The notes beneath the pieces are model-generated. The model was not told the origin of the DNA and searched no databases. It was given only the letters and a program-made list of their open reading frames with translations. From contig JBHGNT010000009.1 of assembly GCA_043228905.1 (NCBI GenBank), positions 20,460,001-20,524,000 on the forward strand: DNA of 64,000 nt, written 5' to 3'. Below, one piece after another: positions 51,801 through 64,000 of the stretch. The stretch's first letter is position 1; each line of letters begins with the position of its first letter. Position numbers and translations under genes: made by a program. Source of the DNA: Azolla caroliniana (Eukaryota > Plantae > Polypodiophyta).

Positions 51801-54800
51801 TATGTGAAATAATGAGATACCACTCCTCAAAGAAGTCTTTGGACCACACACAAGGTAATGGAGTGCAAAGATCAACAATGCTTGGGACTGCTCTTACTAG
51901 AACTCGAGGTACAGAGAGAATTTGTCCAAGGACAACAAGACAACCAAAATATCCATCAACTTAGAATTATCACCAACTTTCTTTAGCTCAATCACTCTGT
52001 CTCATGGTACAAGTTAATCGATGGCTACACCAATGGTCTTGACCGAGACACTCAAATGAGGTTACAATAGGTCTGGCAATAGCAGTAGGTCCCAGTCTTG
52101 TCACCCGTGTCACTGACCTATAGAGGCCTTTATTACTTGGTATTAAAGGATCGTCCCTTGCTTCAAAGATCTCCCCATCTCGGATCAATATGCACCATGG
52201 ATGATCAGCACAATGAATATCCCATACTTAGACCCATCTCCTTCATGGGTTTAATGTGGAGGTGGCAGCGGTGGAAAATAAAAAAGGGAACTAATTCAAA
52301 TTTTTGTTGATTCTTTGGATGAAAATTTTAACATCCTCTTTTTTTGGGGTAAAATTAGGAAGTACGTTTATTTTCACTAGTTCGAATGGAAGAATATATA
52401 ACTGTATAGAATTGACATTTTGAAGATCTTTCAAAGGCAAAAGTTCAGTCTCTCTAAGTTCATGATCTCAAGTTCTTAGATAATGTGACTGTTTGGTACC
52501 TTATATTTAGTTTTGTTTATTCTTGTTCATTCTTTAAAGATGAGATGACATTTGAAGGTTAAATCTCTCGTACAGTCTCTTAGAGGCCATTTGGCCACTT
52601 AAAGGACATTATCATTTTCTTTCTTTCTTTCTGTAATCTTCTTGAATGTTCATATGCCATTGCTTATGTCAGACCCTGCCATCCAACTTCTCTGATCTTA
52701 ATCGTTATGGTCCTAATATAAAAAGGGGCCTTGAACTACAAGGCTTACAATCTTGTCAAAGCTATCTTTCCTTTTATCAAGTACTGTCATGTATTAACAT
52801 ATAGTTGCTTGCACATGAATTGGTAAGACTAACATTAATGTGACAGCACCAGTATATTAGTGGTTTATGTAAATGTCTTTGTAATCTCAATACTCCTGAA
52901 TTCCAACTTTCGTTGATGCAAAGGTACAATTTGTGCTGGTAGCCGTATTTAATTATGCTATGGGAGAGAAGTTCTCTCCTGTGCGTGCATTTTGTGCTTG
53001 AACGTTCTCTTTCATATATTATGAATCCTGATTTTTAGAGTACAATTATATGGATGAGAATATTTGCAAAATTCAAAACAGTATTATTGAATATGTTTTC
53101 AAATGAAAAGTGTGCATGGATGCTTTGAAATTTAGTTATAGGCCTAAAAAAGGAAGTATAGAAATAAATTAGTAGTTTGTGTGCATAAGCAGACCAACTG
53201 TCAGGTTGGTGCCTTAAAAATGTTAGCATTCTGTGAGATGTGACATTTTTCGATAGTTAAGGATTTCCAGAAAAGAAGTTACATGAAGTAGAAGTGAGTG
53301 GTTCTGTTTATTGTTTTCTTATTTTTTTTGCAGGGCTGATCATCAACTCAACGATGTACGGAGCAAAATTTTTCCATCTATAGAAAGGAGGAGAACAGAT
53401 GATAATGGTAACATTGATGGTGATGTTTCATCACCTGTTCGCAGAAAAGAGAGATCCTTATCCTCCCTTGGTATTGGCGCTGTCCCTTCATCTCATCCTG
53501 GATTTGTAAGCAGACGCACAAAGCCAGTTTCTAGAAGGACACCAACAGCAAGGGATACGTCTTCAGATGAGGACATTGTGTATACGAAAGCAGGAAAAGT
53601 TCACAGAAAAAAGGTATTTGATAAAGACTCTCCACAAGGATCTAGTTCAGAGAGAGGCTCTACAAAATCGGGAGAAAGTGATGCTTTGGAAAGAGGAGAT
53701 AACATCTGCGATGATTATGTTCGCGCTCTATCAACATTAAAGAGAGAGCAGCATAGTTCAGGAAAAAAGATGCCTCAGGTATTACATGCTATTGATGGTG
53801 CTTCTCAGCTGGGATTTTTTCTGAAGTCTCAAAATTTGGAGACTTCCAAGAGGATACCTCATGAAAGACACTTGCATAGTTATAGGGCACAGACACAGTT
53901 TCCTGGGTTGATGAAAGGACGTGGCGAAGTTTCAATTGATAACTCACCATTAGCACAGCTTGCTGAAATTGCAGTAGATGAAGCGCGACAAAGCAGCATG
54001 TTTAAGACTAGGACTCGAGGCCCTCGAACAGCACGAGGGAAAGGGAGAAATGATGGGACAAAGTGTCCTGCTGTTGGGGGAATCTTAAGTTGGAAGATGA
54101 TGCTGGAAAACATCCGCGGTGAAGCTACATTACAAGTGAAGAAGCATAAATCTAATATCCAATCACCTCTTAAGGCTAATTCAACATCCAAAAAGCCTCC
54201 GATGAATAAGACAATGGATACAAGTGTAACTAAATTCTCTCAAAGCATTCCTACGCCTATCTCCAATCAGGATAAAGCAAACACTGGTTTTTGGTTTTCA
54301 CTAGAAGCAGCAGAGAATCAGTAAGTATTCACCTTTTCCTCACCAAGATGTCTCTTAAATATTTTTGTAAATGAAACCAATTTATATCTGAAATGATTAC
54401 CTGCAGATCTGGTCAATGCTCTCTTCCACAGATATCTTCACGCTATCTCCGAATCAAGTAAGTAATAGACAGAGTGTATGTGTATAGAGGCTGAAGCCCT
54501 GGCCTTCTGTTAAGATCATTCTGTTCATATATGTTTTGTAATTATGGGTGTTAAGAGCGTGATGATCATAAGTGAATAACGTATGCAGGAATGGAAAGCT
54601 TCCAGTCTCTACTGTAAAGAAGTACCTTGTGAAGAAACTTGATCTCCAAAATGAAAATGAGGTAAGATAATTGAATATCTCACGTTTTGTTAAAAATGAA
54701 TCATTCAGAGCTGAGGTTAGGTATTTATAATTTCTTGAGAGATTAAATACATGTGTTGTAACTTCGAAGGTAGATATATATTATGCAAACCTCCAAAGAG

Positions 54801-55442
54801 GCCAAGGTTTACAATCCTGATGTCATGTACTATCTCTTCCACTTGTAGGGATAAAATTGAAAATGTGAAGTATCCTAAATGGTCCCCAGAAATGTTATAT
54901 TTGAGAACCAAACTATGCGACGAATAGATAACTTAAGCTACCTTACTTCTTGATGTAGCAAATTAATAACTAAAGCCATAATTATCAATTTCTGCAAATT
55001 TTCTGAATATGAAAATCAGGTGGATGCCTGTATAATTTAAATTTCATCTTCACCACCATCACTTCTCTCTGATCTATGAATGGTCAAATAGCTGAGACCC
55101 ACAGCATACATGTATACATACACGCACATACACAGGCACACGCACATACACAGGCACACGCACACACATGCTCAGATGCATATATATAAAAGCTTTGTGG
55201 TCATTAATGAGGTATATTGTACTCTGCAGGTGGAAATAAAATGTAGAGGTCAGCCTGTTCTGGGGAACTTGCCTCTTGAAAAAGTCCAAAACATTTGGTT
55301 GGCAACTACTACTTCATTTGAATTGCTACCTGCCTTGAAACAACTTAACATTGCTGCACGAGAAAACAAAAACTGGCCTCAATTTATGAGTAGACCTGCT
55401 GATGATTGTGTCATGGTTTTGACCTATTCTCGGAAATTCTGA
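48893..55442 (+). CDS. BMI1: PRC1 RING-finger E3 ligase of BMI1/DRIP type (C3HC4 RING + RAWUL), 512 aa, 6 coding exons
   Basis: Exons 48893-49007, 50478-50577, 53334-54320, 54407-54457, 54589-54661, 55230-55442, GT-AG, total 1539 nt. CPLC...EATTISECLHTFCRAC...CCPICNVNLG..PLEKLRADHQLNDVRSKIFP; RRKERSLSSL; FWFSL..LPQISSRYLRIK..VKKYLVKKL..EVEIKCRGQPV..MVLTYSRK. Confidence 0.94.
49270..49950. repeat. Degenerate ~120-bp tandem units in BMI1 intron 1
   Basis: Recurring CCCCATTGCA..TAGATAGGTA...CTCATAATG..GAA.AT...GGAAACATGAGG blocks. Confidence 0.5.
49989..50136. repeat. 60-bp tandem duplication followed by a 20-bp fold-back inverted repeat
   Basis: 49989-50048 and 50049-50108; hairpin arms 50093-50112 and 50117-50136. 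Confidence 0.9.
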
Positions 55443-57118
55443 CAAATCCATGGCTCCTGAATCAAGTGAAGTTGCACCCAATATATGATCTTGCTTTGTT
55501 TTAAGTTCAGATTCCTTGTAGAAGGGAGCAATGGTCATGTAGGTACCAATCCTTTGCAAGCCTTGCCGGTTTGTATGCTAAATTTGGATGTCTACAATTT
55601 TTTCATTGAATAATTTATTTAACCTCAAGTTTGTAACGATTTACAAGATATTTTTGTGAAGAGAACACAACAGATTTGATCGAGATTTACAGGTTTAGCA
55701 TTGAAGCTTAATGCTTCATGCTCAGTTTTCCATATAAATTCATTTTTTTACTGTTATTCAAGTTGATAAATATACCAAATTGTAAATTGAAGTGTCCAAA
55801 ATTTCAAAATACATAGTTTTTAACAGCCATTTGGGTTGTGAAGCATTCGTGAAAAGTGTTTGAATTTTCGAAGCAGATACTGAAGCACAAGTAATTGAAC
55901 GAACGGTGTATTTTGCTGTATAGAAGGCAGACAGGAACATGACAGGACTTTGATATGCACCAACATTTTTGAGGATGTTATTCTTGTGCAAAGAAATTGC
56001 AGTTTTTGGCAACCAACCGTCGTATCTTATGTACTAGTGGCAAGTGTACTCTTTCAGATCATTGTAGCAAAGGATATTTAATGGTACTTACTTGAAGCAC
56101 TCAAACCAGTATCTAGTATATTTTACCTTGTCATGTAATAGCCTAATCAGTTTTTCCACAATAACATTAATAGTCAGTGGAGGTAGAGCATGCACCTTGA
56201 ATGTGGTTGCAGTCTAACTTGTATATTTATCAAGTCATGGGAAAGCACTTTATTGGGTTCATGTGAGTTTAGTTAGTTCTATTATTTATGATTTTGGCAC
56301 TTTTAATAACAATGAAGAAGGTTGGGTCATGACATAGCACTCCTGAAAATGAAATTTGTTTCCCATACATATACTAGAGCCACATTTTCCTCCATAGACT
56401 TCGATATGCACTTTCATGTGGAAGGCATATTCATAACATTTGATATTACTTGCACGATTTCACTTTAGAGAAACTTAAAAGAGTGATAATGTATTAACCC
56501 AAAACCCAAGAAGTTGTGTATGGAATTTAGGATGTTACCATGTAGCTAGTGTACACATTTCACATATGTACTACACCTACATAAGAAAATGTAATACGTA
56601 TAGTGATTGGGAACTCATAAGGAAGCCCTCTCACTCATACAATGAAGGGTGGTTCATGAATCATGACACACGTGACATTTAATGCCATATTGGTCATATA
56701 ACAACTACCATTATGTGGAAGCGATTGGATCAATCTTTCATTAAATTGAAGTTCTGAAAACTCCACCTTTTGGTTACAATAGTAGTAAAAGATGACACAA
56801 GTCTTTTGGTTTCCTAAATAGATAAGGATTCAATGGAAGCTTAGATAATGATAATCTCAATTCCAATAATTATTGATGGATACTTAGTTGTGCTACAAAA
56901 TGAGATGGTAAGGCCTTGAGTTAGACGTATGTGTGTTCCCTAACCTTAATTATTTACTTAGCTTGACCTTACCTTAAGACCCAAACTCGAAAACTTAAGC
57001 TTACATGTTTCTACTAGTGGTTGTAGCTCTTGTGGAGCATCGTTTGTCTCTCAACTAAGTATATTGCCATTTCTTTTGTTTGTTTTCCTTGTTTATTTAA
57101 GTGATTAAGTATGTTATG

Positions 57119-57770
57119 TTAAGAGTTTTGAACATTGGGATTGTCAAGATATTCGACCTTTAACTCCTCACACATAGCATTGATGGTAGATTCCGTAATG
57201 CAATGCACAAGTTGACACATCCATTGATAAAGGCGGTTTCTCTCGCCAACACTTATTTTGGGCAACAAGTGGGACCCCATGATTTTTTTGCATGGAATTG
57301 ACACAACAAATGGCGATAATGTGTTTGCGAGCCATGCCCATTTGCAACAATCAAACATTGACGATCTCTTGCAACCACATTAAATATAACATTATACAAT
57401 GCCCAACACTTATCAATGACTACGCCATTTGGCCCCACCTTAGACATCCTTGTGAATATGAAATTCAAGCAAGTTCCTAATGCACTTTGCTCATGATTTG
57501 ACCCCTCATAATGAGGTTTGGGGCAAGGACAACACATCATTAAAATGTGGAGACGATTGCCCAATAGTTGTTTTAGGAAAAATTGATCACACATTTCCAA
57601 CATCCATTGATATTGAAGTATCAAGATAAATGGTCGTGGGGCAGGAGATCCATTTGAAAATGTAATCTCTCTCTTGCACGTAACTAAGGATGTCATCCAC
57701 GTTGTTGCTTTGCTTGGCAAGTTGCACCCAAAGTAGATCAATGATGCAATACTTGATAGCGAGAACATTT
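57119..57770 (-). mobile_element. MULE (Mutator-like) transposase remnant
   Basis: GPNGVVIDKCWALYNVI...LLCQFHAKKSW..HLLPKI...LYQWMCQL resembles the MULE D..CxxH core; frameshifted; no TIRs identified. Confidence 0.65.
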
Positions 57771-58062
57771 TAAAATTTCAAATATCCATTTCCAAACACT
57801 CAAAAACTTTCACAAAACCATTTTCAAGTAGTAAACAAAAGTAGAGACCAAATAAAATACATACCTTCCAACTCAACAAGTGGGCAATGTAGATGCAAGT
57901 GCAGGCGGTGATGGCTTCTTCCCTCTTAAAACTCTTGCAGTCATTTCAAAAACACAAGACACGCCTTAGGGTTTTAGTCAATTACAAGTATAAGTCGGGC
58001 TCTTGCTTTTAGTCTGGCAATTGCAAGAGTGTCATGTCGGACAACTAATTCGAGTAGGGCAG

Positions 58063-58204
58063 TTGAAATTCAAGTTGTCGTGGGCTACCGAATATCGGGT
58101 TTTTTGATAGCGCACTTTATTTGGGGATAAAGATTGAAATTCAGGTTGTCGTGGGCTACCGAAAATCGGGTTTTTTGATAGCGCACTTTATTTGGGGATA
58201 AAGA
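58063..58204. repeat. 71-bp tandem duplication
   Basis: TTGAAATTCA(A/G)GTTGTCGTGGGCTACCGAA...GGGGATAAAGA at 58063 and 58134. Confidence 0.9.
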
Positions 58205-60982
58205 TTTGACGGTTTAGATCGCACGATGATTCCTCGGAAACACAACCTGCATCGTTCATGGCCCCTCGATTCCCTCGCCACGAATGCCTCTTTATGAGCT
58301 GCAGGGTGCAAATATAGACACCGTCACATGTAGAAGAAGAAGAAGACGAAGAAAGAACAAGAAAGAAGACAAAGAAGATTTTAAATTATTCTAATTTATA
58401 AATGAAATCCATTTAAATATTACATTTGCTTTTACAATAGTTTGAATTCTTGATCATGCTTATTCATTGTTTCTTTATGGATGCCAAAGCTCATTTAAAG
58501 AACAACTATGGTTATATACTACAAGAGGATATTCTTGATCATACTTATTAAATGTTGTAAGCTATTTATCTAATTCTTTAGCATATTTGTTTCTCGAGGT
58601 CGCAAGAAGTGTATAATTGGGTTCATTAGTTGCATGACATTAGCCTGATCTCATATTCCAAAAAGATAACATTGAAACTAATCCCCCTTTAATTTCCTAA
58701 CAATTGGGGTACATTTTTTTAATCTTGTTTGCCTAAAACAAATATGTTTAGTATTCATAAAATCTTTATGATATACATTCATATTCATTGTAGAGCATTT
58801 CTTCCATGCCCGTTGTTGCCATTTGGAAAATTGTATAGTGAGGAGTATATATAGCATGGGAAACTATCTTACAAATATCCCAAGAATTATACTAAAAATC
58901 ATTTAAATTATGCCATCCTAGTATGTTTTTTATTATCTTGACACATTCTTGATCATGCGTGATGAATGTGTTTGGTTATTCTTCACGAACTTTCAATGGT
59001 ATACACATCCTCAAACAATGCAGAAACACAAGGTGATTACAAACGTATATGGGTGTATGCACGAGGGAGTCGCGAACATATGTTTGAGCCTAACACACTT
59101 GCGCACACAATACCATATTGAAATTTTCATTATTTAAATCATGATTCCTAAAAGATTTCATGATTATTCTAAATTTGGCATTTGCACATTCTTGTTTATT
59201 CTAAGATAAGTTTCATCATTTGTTCACATTGCAAAAAATGTATTGTCCAAAGAACATGGTTGGAGGAATGTATCGTTGAATCCTAACATATCCGTACATG
59301 GCCGTGACAATTTTTACATTATGAATCATCAAATGACAATCACCCTAGAATGAAGTCCATGAGACTTCCTTTAAAGATTTTGAGAACATAATTTTGGATT
59401 TGACAATAAAAAGAATAGAAGCCACCTCTTACCTATTTTGGAATTTGCATCATGATTTGCTAATTGTGTAATGCTCTTCCTCAAGTTCCAATTTCTACTA
59501 GGCCTTTCATTTCACATTTTATTACATAACTAGTAAAAATCATTATTTAAATGGGAGTTAACTAGCAAATGCTCACGAAAAGCCTTACATGAAATGCACT
59601 TAATGTCACTGCAACATTATTGAAATGATTTTGAACAAAAACTTTTTTAGCGACATTCCTCAATCATTGACCATAATCATGATCCATATAAGATTGATGC
59701 CATGTCTAAGGCTATTTCCTATACCTTGCTTTGAGCGCTAAAATGTTGATTGGAAATCCTAAATTTTTTAGTTTGAAATATTTATAGAGGCAATAAACCA
59801 ACAACTATGATGAATTTTTTTACTAAATCTCAAAACATTTTTGGTGGTTTTTCATTTAGTTTCTTATTATTTCATACATGGAATGGAAACTCAACCTAAT
59901 TGGTAAAGCAAAATTTCTGAACACATTTGCTAATAACCAGTGTGAAAGTGACCCAATAGCAAAAACCAATAGGAGAAGATAAAAATCCTATTAAATTCCA
60001 ACCCATGTTTGGCATGGTTTGACAATGTCCTATTGTTTCGTACTCGAAAAGGAAGGAAACCTCCCCCAGAAGTTAAAACCGTTCAATTTTGGTTGATGTC
60101 CCAAATGCCTTTAGTTCACCCCATGTCAAGCAATTATATGCTCATGCCATCCCCATTGCTTATTAAATTCGATGCACAAATTTAAGGATTTATATGCTCA
60201 ATCATTTCATGCTCATTATTTTCTCTCTTGGAGGGGTTTAATCAAATAGGATACTTTGGGGGACCAATAAAAACATATTTGGCTCTTATAGGGGCATTTG
60301 GGAAAATAACATTTGCAACAATATACAACCACTAATAGATAGGAGAGGGACTTTAATTAAGAGACTGGTTTTCCACAACCACAAAAAAAACTATTGAAGT
60401 AATAATTGAAGCCACAACCACAAAAAAAACTATGTTTAGACAGTGCAACATCAATGCAAAAGTTTATTTAGTTGTTTGTTTTGTAGCTCATAGTGTCCCT
60501 CCAAGTAACGACCAGAGGCCAAACAAGAACACTTTGGCTACTTTCTTCTTGATACATCTTATTGTGATTATCATTAAATACTTTGTATTTTCTACATTAT
60601 GCAATGGTTCACATGCAAGCATCTAGATGAAACAACCGACCTCCATGGTTAAATGTGCTAGGATTTTTATCCCATTCGCAATCCTGACTTAGCTCACATG
60701 GCGCCTAGTTCCTATTTCACCATACATAATACATCCATCCACACCTTAAATGTTGTGTTCGAAGCTATTATGTTTATTCTCTTCACATGTAGTCAGTCAG
60801 TAAAAACAAATTCGTAATTTGGATGTTCTCGTGAGACGAGTTCATCCTCTCAATGAGTGAGATATTGAAATGCAAAAGAAATTGCAATGAGTCTAAACTA
60901 GGTATCATCAAAAAGCACAAAGGAACGTTGTTTACAGCAGACACAGACACAGACATACACCTTCTTCTTCTTCTTCTTCAAA

Positions 60983-64000
<3,018 letters not shown>

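Noticed and set aside
51150-52310. Coding-like segment in BMI1 intron 2
   Set aside because: Probably an old TE fragment, but the short ORFs show no recognisable motif and are not needed for the BMI1 reading frame
58400-59800. Possible DNA-transposon remnant upstream of purB
   Set aside because: Too degenerate to assign; no termini or catalytic motifs found

Overview
Eukaryotic land-plant nuclear DNA; the transposon repertoire suggests a fern or other non-seed plant (inference). Bases 1-31 kb are a nest of retroelements. They include the 3' end of a chromodomain Ty3/gypsy element whose LTR carries phased heat-shock elements, and a very young intact Ty1/copia element (696-bp LTRs with one mismatch seen, ATTAC TSD, tRNA-Met PBS). 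These sit in a decayed non-chromovirus Ty3/gypsy element that has a retropepsin-like domain downstream of its integrase and is followed by an intact 965-aa accessory-type ORF. That ORF abuts an intron-containing VMA12/TMEM199 pseudogene fragment. A head-to-tail stack of four L1-type LINE pieces follows, each bounded by (GA)n tracts. Bases 31-64 kb hold three host genes: ER HSP70-17/HYOU1 (minus strand, 14 coding exons, HDEL), a BMI1/DRIP RING-RAWUL gene (6 coding exons) and the 5' part of a plastid adenylosuccinate lyase. Between them lie satellite-like repeats, an old poly(A) LINE, a MULE remnant and long purine-pyrimidine microsatellites. The best candidates for undescribed biology are (i) an apparently (GA)n-targeting plant L1 family, (ii) the gypsy element with post-integrase protease plus intact accessory ORF, and (iii) a putatively heat-inducible chromovirus LTR. 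All calls come from reading the sequence; no database searches were run.
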